From Mucilaginibacter sp. (GTDB lineage: Bacteria; Bacteroidota; Bacteroidia; Sphingobacteriales; Sphingobacteriaceae), in contig OZ255719.1 of NCBI GenBank assembly GCA_965277245.1, positions 2,894,076 to 2,958,075 on the forward strand: a stretch of 64,000 bases of DNA. Direction: 5' to 3'. Shown piece by piece: positions 47,282 through 57,852 of this stretch; the first letter of the stretch is position 1, and each line of letters starts with the position of its first letter. Made by a program: the position numbers and the translations under genes. The notes under the pieces are model-generated. The model saw only the letters and a list, made by a program, of their open reading frames with translations. It was not told the origin of the DNA and did not search any database.

Positions 47282-49732
47282 TTAATTATTCCCCTTTACC
47301 CGGTTCTTCTCTGCATCTGCACCACTTTCGTGCTGGCGGGCCCTGATCTTATTATTACCAAAATTGTAGGTAAAGGTTAAGCGGCCAATGCGGGTTTCGT
47401 TCTTTTGCTGAATGTTGATGATATTACCCTGTGATACACTGGTAACATTGTTAGTACGAATATTAAATATATCACTTACAGATAGTTTTACATTTATCTT
47501 TTTTTCTGCAAATGAGTGGCTTAACCCCGCATCTATCGCATACTGGGGTTTTACGTGGAAGTATCCGTAAACCAGAGAGGACTGATAATCGCCCATTAAC
47601 TCGGCCTTAAAGTTTTTAGCCAGCGTAAATGTTTGGGTTGCCTTTAACTGGTAAGCTAATTTACCATCATTTATGGTGCCACTGCTTAAATTACCGCTTT
47701 GCTGTCCGTTTGATTTAAAGCCAAGGTAAAAAGCAGTAAGATTAACGTTACCTGTCCACCATTTGGTAATGGTATATGGCGAGTTAAAGTTAAAGTTGTA
47801 AGAATTCTGAACCCTTAAATTTAGCGTGGTCTGAAAAGTTGCCTTCTTTATCGTATCCGTAAGTAGTAGTTGGGTTATTACATCCGTAGTTCGGCTGTAT
47901 CCAAAACTTACGTTAATAGTATGATTGTAAGTATAGTTTAATTCGTACGAATCAGTATACTGTGGCTTAAGGAAGGGGTTACCCTGCGAATAAGTGTATT
48001 GATCCAGAAAGTATACAAATGGGTTGAGGTTATCATAGCCTGGGCGGTCTATCCTGCGGCTGTAATTAAAGCCCAGTTCGTTTTTCTTACTTATGGTTTG
48101 ATTAATAAACAGGCTCGGGAAAAAGTTGAGGTAGCTACGGTCTACAACCTGATCGGTAGTTATCAGATCGCCTTCTGATTTGGTGTATTCTGCACGCAAA
48201 CCTGCCTGTATAGAAGTATTTTTATAATTCCTGCTTAGGTTTATATATCCTGCATCAATTTTTTCGTCGTATACAAAGTGGTTGCTTAACGTGGGGTCAT
48301 TAACATATCCGCCGGCAGAATTACGTTGTGCCGCAAGATCATTGTCTGTTTTTACATCGCTTAGCTTAACACCGGCTTCAAATTTTAAAGTTTTGGTTAA
48401 AGGCAACGTATAATCTGCTTTAGCAGTTTTTATATCAATAACAGACGGGGTTTGGTTAAGTAATATTTGCTGCGCGCCGGCACTACTGCCATTAATGTTA
48501 AAAAAATTAGTGGTGTATTGGGCATTAGATGAGTTTCTGAATTTAGAATAGTCTACATCAACGCTTAGCGCCTGCCCTGCAGTATCTATCTGCCAGCGGT
48601 CATTAAGGTTAAGGGCAAAATTCTTATAAGTTTGGCGGATACCCGAATAAGTAGTTTGGTAGGAGTTAAACGCGCCAGGCTGGATGCCCAAATTTGTTAC
48701 ATTGGTATTTGAATCTAATTCGGGATTATAATAGCCGCTTGCAACAAAACCAAGCGTGTTTTTCTTGCTCATATCCCAATCTGCACCCACACGATAATTG
48801 TTGTTGTGGCTATCGCTGTTCATATCTGTATGCTGATCGAAGTAAGTAGTTGTTCCGCTCGCCGTAACATTTCGCTGTATATCTATTTTATTAACACGCT
48901 TCCTATCGCCGCGGTTCAGGTTTCCAAAAAAATTAAAATCACCTTCTTTGTGATTGAGCGAAAGGCTGGTATTATCACGGAAATAATTACCTCTGGCTAC
49001 AGTTTGTGAAACACTGCCATTTGTGCCGCTCTGCTTGTTTTTCTTCAATTTGATGTTGATAATACCGGAATTACCCGCTGCATCATATTTTGCTGAAGGG
49101 TTGGTAATGATCTCCACAGATTGTATGGTGTTACCGTCGGTAGATCGCAGTAAGATAGCCAACTGTGCAGCCGACAAGTAAGTTAGTTTATCATTTATCA
49201 TTACGGTAACACCCTGCTTGCCTTTAAGGCTAATGTTATCATCTTTATCAATGGTTACGCCCGGTGCACGTTCCAGTATTTCCATTGCCGAATTACCTGC
49301 CGCCAATACACTGTTCTCTACATTCATAACCATACGGTCTATACGGCGTTCTATTAATGGCCGTGCCACACTGATGTTAACGGTTTGCAAAGTTTTGCTT
49401 GCCGGCACCATTTTAATTACCGGGACGTTAATGCTTGCAGCGCCTACGGCCACAGGCTGACTTAAGCCTTTCTGATAGCCGATCATGGTAACTCTTATTA
49501 TATAGTTACCAGGTTTTGCGGTGAATACGTAATTACCTTTCTCATCACTTAGGCTTCCCCTAACCACGGCAGAATCTTTTTGATTAAGGAGGCTAACCGT
49601 AGCATAATCGGCAGGCTTTCCGTTTTCGTTAATTACGGCCCCGCTAATTTTTATAGTGTTTTGTGCGCTTGCAGTTAAGAAGCAAGTGATTAGGATGGTT
49701 AGTGTTAAACAATAGCGGATAGTGAGTTTCAT
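47282..49732 (-). CDS. TonB-dependent / outer-membrane beta-barrel protein
   Basis: Signal peptide, carboxypeptidase-regulatory-like N-domain, plug 'IEIITNPSAKYDAAG..GIINI', C-terminal 'LTFTYNFG'. Confidence 0.88.
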   Translation of the reverse strand: MKLTIRYCLTLTILITCFLTASAQNTIKISGAVINENGKPADYATVSLLNQKDSAVVRGSLSDEKGNYVFTAKPGNYIIRVTMIGYQKGLSQPVAVGAASINVPVIKMVPASKTLQTVNISVARPLIERRIDRMVMNVENSVLAAGNSAMEILERAPGVTIDKDDNISLKGKQGVTVMINDKLTYLSAAQLAILLRSTDGNTIQSVEIITNPSAKYDAAGNSGIINIKLKKNKQSGTNGSVSQTVARGNYFRDNTSLSLNHKEGDFNFFGNLNRGDRKRVNKIDIQRNVTASGTTTYFDQHTDMNSDSHNNNYRVGADWDMSKKNTLGFVASGYYNPELDSNTNVTNLGIQPGAFNSYQTTYSGIRQTYKNFALNLNDRWQIDTAGQALSVDVDYSKFRNSSNAQYTTNFFNINGSSAGAQQILLNQTPSVIDIKTAKADYTLPLTKTLKFEAGVKLSDVKTDNDLAAQRNSAGGYVNDPTLSNHFVYDEKIDAGYINLSRNYKNTSIQAGLRAEYTKSEGDLITTDQVVDRSYLNFFPSLFINQTISKKNELGFNYSRRIDRPGYDNLNPFVYFLDQYTYSQGNPFLKPQYTDSYELNYTYNHTINVSFGYSRTTDVITQLLLTDTIKKATFQTTLNLRVQNSYNFNFNSPYTITKWWTGNVNLTAFYLGFKSNGQQSGNLSSGTINDGKLAYQLKATQTFTLAKNFKAELMGDYQSSLVYGYFHVKPQYAIDAGLSHSFAEKKINVKLSVSDIFNIRTNNVTSVSQGNIINIQQKNETRIGRLTFTYNFGNNKIRARQHESGADAEKNRVKGNN

Positions 49733-49962
49733 AATTGTGTTTATTAGTATCAAAAAATTAGGGCAAAGCAATTCCACAGAACCTATCAAGCCCTTTTTTT
49801 TGAAATACAGAAAACTTTGCTTAAGCTTTACGCTTTTGCTTGCGCCTTAAATTATATTGTTTAGATGTTAAATCCGGTGTAAAGGTTACACTCTGAATTG
49901 ATGTAATAAGGCAAAAGTTGGTGAACGGCGGGTTTTGAGCGGTAAACAGAGAAGTTTTAAAA

Positions 49963-49993
49963 GTAAAAGCCCGGCTAACGGCCGGGCTTTTAC
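49963..49993. terminator. intrinsic terminator downstream of pspC-domain gene
   Basis: GTAAAAGCCCGGC-TAACG-GCCGGGCTTTTAC perfect stem. Confidence 0.8.
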
Positions 49994-50018
49994 ATCATTT
50001 GGATAAGTACAAAGTTGT

Positions 50019-51635
50019 TTATTTCCTTAAAGTTTTGGTTATATCAGCCCTTAACGTGTCTACCCTGCATTCAGCACCATTGGCCGTAATGTTAAACGTG
50101 GTGAAAGGCGCATCGCTCTTATTAACTTCCCTGCAGCCATAAATATTCATATCCGTATAGCGTTCTAAAGACCTATCTATCATAACAACGGAATTAAGGG
50201 GCACCTTCAACACCACTACAATTTCTTCGTCGTGCCAGGAATTATTGCCAAGCCGGTGCAGTTTGTAATCAAACTTAAGAACAGAATCTTGCTGCTTAAA
50301 TATATACTTGGTATTGCGGGCATTCATCAGGGCGGTTTCGTAATTGCGCCCTTTGGCACTGTACCTTTCAAACAGCGTAGGCTGGCTTACATCACTTTTT
50401 TCAACTACCAGGCTTACATTGTTAGGTTCCGTGTCGTTGCTGTCATCGCCGGTAACAATTACATCATTAAATTTGGATTGAATTTCCAGCCTTGCGCTAT
50501 CGTCGTGCGTAAAAAAACGAGTATCGTCTAATACCAGCTTATAAACATTATTTTTAGTTGGCTTGATGTTAACTGTTTGGGTAAAACTCGCATATTCGCG
50601 AAATTCTGCAGTAATTTTTGCACCGTAAAATATCAAGGCGCAAATTGCGCCAAACCATACAATGGCAATGGTTGACCCCAACGATCTGCCGACTGCTTGT
50701 GTGTTGAAAATTAAACGTAATAAAATTAATATCAGCACAAGCAGCGGCAGCAGCGCAACAAAAAACGCCGATACATATACATAAGTGTCATAATGGCTTC
50801 CCAAAACACTCATCGGGAAAATGTGTATAAGTTCATAATGACCGAAGCCTACAACAATTACGAACGCTACTACCAGCCCTAAAGCAACCGCAAAAAACGA
50901 TACAAGGAAGGCTATACCAATCAATTTAATAAACAGTTTAGCGCCAACACCTAACGCCTTGCCCAAAAAAGAAAAAAACTCTCCAACAAAATCGCGGAAA
51001 CGGTAAATAATGGGTTTAGCGTCGTGGTGCACATCGGCTAACCGCTCGCGCACATTAGTTACCTCATTATCAAAGTTTTTCTTAAAGCCTTGCAAATCCA
51101 GCTTTTCGCCCTTCATGGCCATGCGATCTGCACGGGTTAATGCCTTGGGTAACACTATCCAAAGAATGATGTATAAGAACAAGCCTGTGCCCGCAAATAA
51201 TATAGACACAGCAAATATGAGCCTTATCCAAACTGCCTGGGTGTCAAAATAGTTTGCAATGCCCGCGCATACACCGGCTACTAAATGATTGTCCGGATCG
51301 CGAAATAGCCGGCGATTGGTTGTTGAAGTAGGGTATGTATAATGCGACGGCCCGCTATCTGCCAAAGAGTCGCCTTCAAAATCTTCTACGGCACCCATTT
51401 GGTTTATTACATTGGTAACATCCTGATCTATGATTGCCTGCCTGCCTTCCTGCGTTAATATTTCGGTAAATAATTCGGCCACACGATTTTCTATATCGGT
51501 GGTTATCTCCATGCTATCTTCCGAATCAAAAAAGTGGCGTTTTATGCCGGTCATGTATTGCTTTAATATTTCATAAGCATTTTCTTCTATATGAAATACA
51601 GTGCCGTTTATATTTATAATTATCGTTTTATTCAT
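50019..51635 (-). CDS. PspC domain-containing membrane protein
   Basis: 'LFRDPDNHLVAGVCAGIANYF', 'GLFLYIILWIVLP'; N-terminal 'TIIININGTVFHIEENAY'. Confidence 0.88.
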   Translation of the reverse strand: MNKTIIININGTVFHIEENAYEILKQYMTGIKRHFFDSEDSMEITTDIENRVAELFTEILTQEGRQAIIDQDVTNVINQMGAVEDFEGDSLADSGPSHYTYPTSTTNRRLFRDPDNHLVAGVCAGIANYFDTQAVWIRLIFAVSILFAGTGLFLYIILWIVLPKALTRADRMAMKGEKLDLQGFKKNFDNEVTNVRERLADVHHDAKPIIYRFRDFVGEFFSFLGKALGVGAKLFIKLIGIAFLVSFFAVALGLVVAFVIVVGFGHYELIHIFPMSVLGSHYDTYVYVSAFFVALLPLLVLILILLRLIFNTQAVGRSLGSTIAIVWFGAICALIFYGAKITAEFREYASFTQTVNIKPTKNNVYKLVLDDTRFFTHDDSARLEIQSKFNDVIVTGDDSNDTEPNNVSLVVEKSDVSQPTLFERYSAKGRNYETALMNARNTKYIFKQQDSVLKFDYKLHRLGNNSWHDEEIVVVLKVPLNSVVMIDRSLERYTDMNIYGCREVNKSDAPFTTFNITANGAECRVDTLRADITKTLRK

Positions 51636-51655
51636 GATTTCTAATTGTGAGTTGG

Positions 51656-51991
51656 TTATTGTTTTCGCCCGTCTATAGATAGCTGTACGGCGTAGGCAAG
51701 TTCGCTCCAGGTTTTATCCAGTTGTTCCAATACTATCTTACCATCATCAGACAGCAGATAATATTTACGTGGCGGCCCCGAGGTAGACTCCACCCAACTG
51801 TACGATAATAAGCCATTGTTTTTTAAACGGGTTAAAAGCGGATACAATGTACCTTCTACCACAAGTAACTGTGCCTTACGCATTTCTGCAATAATATCAG
51901 AAGCATAGATCTCGCCTCGTGCTATAATAGAAAGTATACAATATTCCAGAATGCCCTTTCGCATCTGAGTTTGGGTGTTTTCAATTATCAT
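51656..51991 (-). CDS. PadR family transcriptional regulator
   Basis: 'QMRKGILEYCIL', 'EGTLYPLLTRL', 'GPPRKYY'. Confidence 0.93.
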   Translation of the reverse strand: MIIENTQTQMRKGILEYCILSIIARGEIYASDIIAEMRKAQLLVVEGTLYPLLTRLKNNGLLSYSWVESTSGPPRKYYLLSDDGKIVLEQLDKTWSELAYAVQLSIDGRKQ

Positions 51992-52176
51992 AATACAAAG
52001 ATATATGTTTTGGAATGTATTATGCAATACATAGTACTAAAATAATAAAAAAATTTCTATCGAGAACGTCAGTTTTTAGTTAGGAAGTAAAATATTTCGT
52101 TAAAGGATGGGTTTATTTCAAAAAATCAACATTACTTTTAGCACATTAACTATTAACTGATTTTATTATTAGCAAA

Positions 52177-55100
52177 ATGAAAAAACTTCTACTAAGTTTT
52201 ACGTGCCTACTATTGCTGTGTATTACACAGACATTTGCACAAAGCCGTACGGTTACAGGTACCGTTACAGCCAAGGAAGATGGTTTGCCAGTCCCCGGGG
52301 CAACCGTTAGAGTAAAAGGTTCGAACACCGGCACCCAAACCAGCCAAAGTGGTACATACTCTATTACAGTTCCAGAAAACGGGGTTTTGGTGTTTTCTTT
52401 TATAGGTTACAACACACTTGAATTGCCTGCTGGTAACGCCATTGTTAATGCAGTTCTTACCAACAACAATCGGGCTCTAAGCGAAGTTGTGGTAACAGCA
52501 TTAGGCATACGGAAAGAAAAGCGGGCCATAGGTTACGCAGAACAATCTGTTAATGCCGACGCCTTAACTGCCGGAAATCAAACAGACCTATTAAATGGTT
52601 TAAATGGCAAAGTGGCCGGAGCACAGATAACTTCCTCATCAGGTACGCCTGGTGCAGCTGTTTACATTCAGCTGCGCGGGCAAAATTCAATCACAGGTAA
52701 CAATCAGCCATTGTTTGTAATTGATGGTGTGCCTATTGATAACTCTAACAATACAACAACTGTTGGTGGGTTTGCAGGAACAACAGCACAGTCAACAAAT
52801 AGGGGTACTGATATCAACCCTGACGACATTGAAAACGTGTCTGTTTTGAAAGGGCCAGCAGCAGCGGCATTATATGGTAACCTGGCTTCAAACGGCGCAA
52901 TAATTATAACCACTAAAAAAGGTAAGGCCGGCAAAGCGCAGGTTGATTTCTCTACCGGTGTTTACGTTAACTCGGTAAACAGGCTACCCAAATTACAGCA
53001 TCAATACATCAGAGGTTTAAATGGCGGCATTTCTAACTCTAACACAAGCAACCGTTACTCATGGGGTGCAAACATCGATACATTATACTGGACGGGCGTA
53101 CCAAATGCATATGATCAGCATGGAGATATTGTTGGGAAGTCAAGTGCACTTGCGAAAGTGAAATTTCAGCCTTATGATAATCTAAATTCGTTTTTCAGAG
53201 ACGGTGTGGCTTTTGATAACTCTGTTGCAGTAAGCGGTGGTAATGATGTGGCTACTTACCGTACGTCTGTAACTAACACTTATCAAAATTCGATTGTTCC
53301 CACTGAGTATTATGAGCGCACATCTATTTCATTTGCGGGGCAGTTGCAGTTATCAAAAAGACTGAAAGCATCAACTAATATTTCTTACACATCAAGTGAT
53401 GGTAACCAGCCGCAAACAGGTAGCAACTTGTCGGGCATTATGCTTGGTTTAACGCGTACGCCAATATCGTTTGACAACTCAAACGGGTTGAAAGACCCGG
53501 CCAATAACCCTGGTTCATATATCCTGCCTAATGGTACAACCAATTTAAGCGGTACTAACCAAAGAGATTACCGCAACAGTTTATCTTATGATAACCCATA
53601 CTGGACTATTAACAACAACCCGTACACGGCTGTTGTAGGCCGCGTAATAGGCAACGTACAATTAGATTATACTATTGGAAAAGGGTTTAGCGCCTTGTAT
53701 CGTCTGGGCGGAGATAATTACCAGGATAACCGCCATCAGTATTATGAAATAGGTTCTGGTGGTGCAACCGGGGGCCAAATACTTGATGACCGTTACACTT
53801 ACAGGAGCCTTAACTCTGATCTGATTTTTAGTTACGATAAAAAATTAGGCAATGATTTTCATTTTAATGGCAAGGTTGGTAACAACGTTTATGGTTATAA
53901 GAATAATGAGTTGTTCACAAATGGCACAGGCTTAGTTGCATCGGGGTTTAACAATGTAGCTAATGCAAGTACGATCACGGCAGCTAACCCTATTGTAACG
54001 TACAGAACAATATCTGCTTACTATGATCTGAGCGTTGATTACAAATCTATCTTATACCTGGAAACCACAGGCCGTAATGATTGGGCTTCTTCATTGCCAA
54101 AGGGCAAAAACTCGTTCTTTTATCCATCTGCTAACTTAAGTTTTGTGTTTACAGAATTAGGCGAGTTGAAAAATAGCAGTGTACTTAGTTTTGGTAAAAT
54201 AAGGGCTTCATATAGCCAGGTTGGTGCTGCACCGGGCCCGTTCCAAACTACTTCGGCGTTTGTTACCGCTGGTGTAACTGATGGGTTTACCACAGGTATC
54301 CAGTATCCTCTTGCGGGTTTAGGAGCTTACAACTTAAGTAGCAATTTAGGCAACCCTAATCTTAAACCAGAGCAAACACGCGAGTTAGAGTTAGGAACCC
54401 AGTTGCAATTTTTTGGCAATCGATTAGGAATTGATGCAACGGTATATTACAGTAAAGGAACCAATCTTATATTCAGCCAACCTATAGCAAGTTCTGCAGG
54501 TAGTTCAAGTGCAACCGTAAACTCTGCATCACTACAAAACAAAGGCTTAGAGTTGCAGCTTACAGGCAGTCCTGTAAAAGGCGCATTTACATGGAACACC
54601 TTTATAAATTTTGCACTGAACAGGAACAAGGTATTAACTTTAGCTAACGGCCAATCGCAATTATTTCTTGGTGGTTTTGGCGGCGGCGAAGCAGGTATAG
54701 CTGCCATAGTAGGCCAGCCAATGGGCGTGATCTTCGGCTATGGCTACACCTATGCTAATAACCAAAAAGTTATTAGTGATGCGCCGGGTAATGGTGTAGG
54801 CCCTTATTATCCTTTAGAAAATACAGGTGTTATTAAAACTATTGGTAATCCCAACCCTAAATTTAAAATGGGTTTTGGTAACACATTTACATACAAAAAA
54901 CTTTCGCTTTATGGCTTGATCGACTGGAAATATAAAGGTGATATGTATAATGGTACAAGGTTCTCTTTAGCGGCATTAGGAACATCAGACCAAACACTTA
55001 ACAGGGGTACAAGCACAGTATTTCAAGGTGTTTTAGGTCACCTTGATGCAAATGGCGCGCTGGTACACTACGGTGCCGACGGTATTACCGAAATAGCAGG

Positions 55101-55446
55101 AGCGGGAGCTGTAAACACCCACTCTGCAGTGTATAGCCAGGCATGGTACCAGGGAGACGGTGGTGGTTTCGGTAATATTGAAGAAGCCGGCGTTGAAGAT
55201 GCATCATATATTAAGCTGCGCGAAATCTCATTATCTTACGATTTTAAAGATCTGTTCTTTAAAAACAGTAAGGCGATAAGAGGACTGTCGATTGGTGCAT
55301 ATGCGCGTAATATCATCATCTGGACACCTTATAAGGGTATTGATCCCGAAACAAGCTTGCTTGGTTCATCTGGGTTTAACGGTATAGATTATTTTAACAA
55401 CCCGGGTGCTAAAACAATTGGCGGAACGTTAAAAGTTAAATTTTAA
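52177..55446 (+). CDS. susC: SusC/RagA TonB-linked outer membrane protein
   Basis: 'EVVVTALGI', 'DINPDDIENVSVLKGPAAAALYG..ASNGAIIITTKKG', C-terminal Phe. Confidence 0.95.
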   Translation: MKKLLLSFTCLLLLCITQTFAQSRTVTGTVTAKEDGLPVPGATVRVKGSNTGTQTSQSGTYSITVPENGVLVFSFIGYNTLELPAGNAIVNAVLTNNNRALSEVVVTALGIRKEKRAIGYAEQSVNADALTAGNQTDLLNGLNGKVAGAQITSSSGTPGAAVYIQLRGQNSITGNNQPLFVIDGVPIDNSNNTTTVGGFAGTTAQSTNRGTDINPDDIENVSVLKGPAAAALYGNLASNGAIIITTKKGKAGKAQVDFSTGVYVNSVNRLPKLQHQYIRGLNGGISNSNTSNRYSWGANIDTLYWTGVPNAYDQHGDIVGKSSALAKVKFQPYDNLNSFFRDGVAFDNSVAVSGGNDVATYRTSVTNTYQNSIVPTEYYERTSISFAGQLQLSKRLKASTNISYTSSDGNQPQTGSNLSGIMLGLTRTPISFDNSNGLKDPANNPGSYILPNGTTNLSGTNQRDYRNSLSYDNPYWTINNNPYTAVVGRVIGNVQLDYTIGKGFSALYRLGGDNYQDNRHQYYEIGSGGATGGQILDDRYTYRSLNSDLIFSYDKKLGNDFHFNGKVGNNVYGYKNNELFTNGTGLVASGFNNVANASTITAANPIVTYRTISAYYDLSVDYKSILYLETTGRNDWASSLPKGKNSFFYPSANLSFVFTELGELKNSSVLSFGKIRASYSQVGAAPGPFQTTSAFVTAGVTDGFTTGIQYPLAGLGAYNLSSNLGNPNLKPEQTRELELGTQLQFFGNRLGIDATVYYSKGTNLIFSQPIASSAGSSSATVNSASLQNKGLELQLTGSPVKGAFTWNTFINFALNRNKVLTLANGQSQLFLGGFGGGEAGIAAIVGQPMGVIFGYGYTYANNQKVISDAPGNGVGPYYPLENTGVIKTIGNPNPKFKMGFGNTFTYKKLSLYGLIDWKYKGDMYNGTRFSLAALGTSDQTLNRGTSTVFQGVLGHLDANGALVHYGADGITEIAGAGAVNTHSAVYSQAWYQGDGGGFGNIEEAGVEDASYIKLREISLSYDFKDLFFKNSKAIRGLSIGAYARNIIIWTPYKGIDPETSLLGSSGFNGIDYFNNPGAKTIGGTLKVKF

Positions 55447-55457
55447 TAAAATAAATC

Positions 55458-56813
55458 ATGAAATTCAATATAAAAAACAAAATTACGGCCAGCCTTGCAT
55501 TGCTTATTGTAATGCTTGGTGCCGACTCTTGTAAAAAAGGGGTGTTTTATGAGGGGATTAATACGAACCCCGCACAACTAACAACGCCGACGCCAACATT
55601 GCTGCTGCCCGGTATCATATCAAGCACCGGGTATGTTTGGGGTGGTGATGCATCGCGTTTCTCATCTCTTTTTATCCAGTATGTTACCGGCGCCGCCAAC
55701 CAGGCAAACGCATTTAGTGCATACGCTGTGGGTACCGGCGACGTTGATGCCATGTGGACAAACTTATACGGCGGTTCTGGCGGCGTAATGACCAATGCTA
55801 ACCAAATGATAAATTTAGCTAATAAAGCAGGCGATGTACATTACGCGGCAATAGGTGAAATTTTGATGGCGAACGCACTGGGCTTAACTACAGATATGTG
55901 GGGAGATGTACCCTATTCTCAGGCATTTCAGGGTGCGGCTAACATTAATCCTGCATATGATTCTCAGCAAGCTATTTACACTACGTTAGATGGTCTCCTG
56001 TCTGACGCTATAACCAAACTTGCAGCCAGCGACGCTGGTGCCCAACCAGGCGCCGATGACCTTATTTATGGAGGTAATTTACAAAATTGGACAGGCGTTG
56101 CATATGCGTTAAAAGCTAAATTTTACTTGCATTTAGGCAAGGTAGATCCATCTAATTATACCAAGGCTATTGCTGCAGCTAAAAGCGCAATTGCTGCAGG
56201 GTTCAGTTCCTCTGCAACAAATTTCGCAGTGCCCTTTTTAGGCGCAAGTACAACTTCACAAAACCCGTGGTATCAATTTAACAGCCAGCGCGGCGATATT
56301 AGTTTCACCGGATATATTTATAATATCATGAAAACCGCCGGCGACCCTCGTGAAACCAGCAAAGTATTTGGGGCGGGCGACGGAAATTTGGGTGATCTTT
56401 ACGGCAGTCCAAATTCGCCCGTGGATCTGCTAACTTACGATGAGCTTTTGTTTATAGAGTCTGAAGCTTATTTTCAAACGGCAGATAAAGTTAATGCAGC
56501 TACTACTTATAACGCAGCTGTAACGGCAAATTTGGCAAGAACGGTAGGGTCTACAACATATGCGGCAACAGTTGCAAAAACGTCGGCCAACATTGTGCTT
56601 AATGATATCATGACGCAGAAGTATATCGCCGATTTTCTTGATCCTGAAAGCTGGACCGATTACCGCAGGACGGGATTGCCGCCTTTGGTTCCAAATCCGC
56701 AGGGTAATGGCGTAATACCACGCTCGCTATTATATCCAATTAGCGAGGTAATTAACAATACCAGTACGCCAAAAAACACAACGTTGGCAAGAAAAGTATA
56801 CTGGGATAAATAA
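55458..56813 (+). CDS. susD: SusD/RagB family lipoprotein
   Basis: Lipobox GADSC, 'TDMWGDVPYSQA', 'IMTQKYIA', 'ESWTDYRRTG'. Confidence 0.93.
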   Translation: MKFNIKNKITASLALLIVMLGADSCKKGVFYEGINTNPAQLTTPTPTLLLPGIISSTGYVWGGDASRFSSLFIQYVTGAANQANAFSAYAVGTGDVDAMWTNLYGGSGGVMTNANQMINLANKAGDVHYAAIGEILMANALGLTTDMWGDVPYSQAFQGAANINPAYDSQQAIYTTLDGLLSDAITKLAASDAGAQPGADDLIYGGNLQNWTGVAYALKAKFYLHLGKVDPSNYTKAIAAAKSAIAAGFSSSATNFAVPFLGASTTSQNPWYQFNSQRGDISFTGYIYNIMKTAGDPRETSKVFGAGDGNLGDLYGSPNSPVDLLTYDELLFIESEAYFQTADKVNAATTYNAAVTANLARTVGSTTYAATVAKTSANIVLNDIMTQKYIADFLDPESWTDYRRTGLPPLVPNPQGNGVIPRSLLYPISEVINNTSTPKNTTLARKVYWDK

Positions 56814-56830
56814 TAGATAAACTGTAGTAT

Positions 56831-56860
56831 AAAGGCCTTTGGAAACCAAAGGCCTTTTTT
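56831..56860 (+). terminator. intrinsic (probably bidirectional) terminator after susD
   Basis: AAAGGCCTTTGG-AAA-CCAAAGGCCTTT plus TTT. Confidence 0.85.
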
Positions 56861-56888
56861 GTACGTTATTATTTGTCTTTATAATATT

Positions 56889-57809
56889 TTAATCCTCCCT
56901 GGCATCTGTAACAATAAATACAAGGGACGCTTTTTGTTCTTCTACAATTAGTTGAGCCGCTTTTCCCAGCAATAGGGTGTTATTGTTAGGTATATGCCCG
57001 GCAGGGAAATCAAAACAGACGGGGTAATCGCATTCTTTAACAACATTCATTACAATTTCCGCAACTGTAAATCCAAAGGGTATGTCATTATCTTTCACAT
57101 CTGTAAAACTGCCAACTATTAAAGCAGCCAGATTTTTTAGTTTGCCTGCGCGTTTTAAACTGTAAAGCATCCTGTCTATCGAGTATAAATATTCGCCAAC
57201 ATCTTCTATAAATAAGATTTTGCCGTCATAATCAAAATCAGATGCCGATCCGGATATCGAAATCAGCATCATTAGGTTACCGCCAATAATTTCTGCGGTA
57301 GCGTTTCCCACCCGGTTTATGCCTTTTGTTTCAAAAGTATAGTTTAGCTTTTCGCCGAATAGTGCTTTTTTAAGGCTTTGTAATGATTGGGCAGACGCAT
57401 CAGGAATATTAACAGGCATTTGCCCGTGTATGGTTTGCAGTTGCAGATTAGACCACACGTGGGCGTGTAAAACGGTTATATCGCTAAAACCGATGATCCA
57501 TTTGGGATTATTCCGCAGGTTACTAATGTCGATATCATCAATGATCCTGATAGTTCCATAACCTCCCCGCGCAGCGAAAATAGCTTTTACTTCGTTATCG
57601 TCAATAAAATGCTGAAAGTCGTTAGCACGCAATGCATCATTGCCGGCAAACTGGTGGAATGCTGCATTGAGCGTTTCGCCTAACACCACCCGCAACCCCC
57701 ATGACTGCAGCAAGGCCACGGCATCGTCCATCGGTTTTTGCGGTCTTTTGGCGGGGCAGGTTATGGCAACCAGATCGCCTTTTTTAAGGTAAGGGGGTAT
57801 TATGCTCAT
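56889..57809 (-). CDS. LD-carboxypeptidase (peptidase S66)
   Basis: 'ARGGYG', 'IGFSDIT', 'GGNL', 'LFIEDVGE', 'AGH'. Confidence 0.93.
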   Translation of the reverse strand: MSIIPPYLKKGDLVAITCPAKRPQKPMDDAVALLQSWGLRVVLGETLNAAFHQFAGNDALRANDFQHFIDDNEVKAIFAARGGYGTIRIIDDIDISNLRNNPKWIIGFSDITVLHAHVWSNLQLQTIHGQMPVNIPDASAQSLQSLKKALFGEKLNYTFETKGINRVGNATAEIIGGNLMMLISISGSASDFDYDGKILFIEDVGEYLYSIDRMLYSLKRAGKLKNLAALIVGSFTDVKDNDIPFGFTVAEIVMNVVKECDYPVCFDFPAGHIPNNNTLLLGKAAQLIVEEQKASLVFIVTDARED

Positions 57810-57818
57810 TTTATAAAT

Positions 57819-57826
57819 TATCTTTG
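57819..57826 (+). promoter_or_regulatory. Bacteroidota sigma-70 -7 element for metG
   Basis: TATCTTTG matches TAnnTTTG, 26 nt upstream of the TTG start. Confidence 0.6.
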
Positions 57827-57852
57827 CAAATTATAACAAAGCGCTGTAAACT

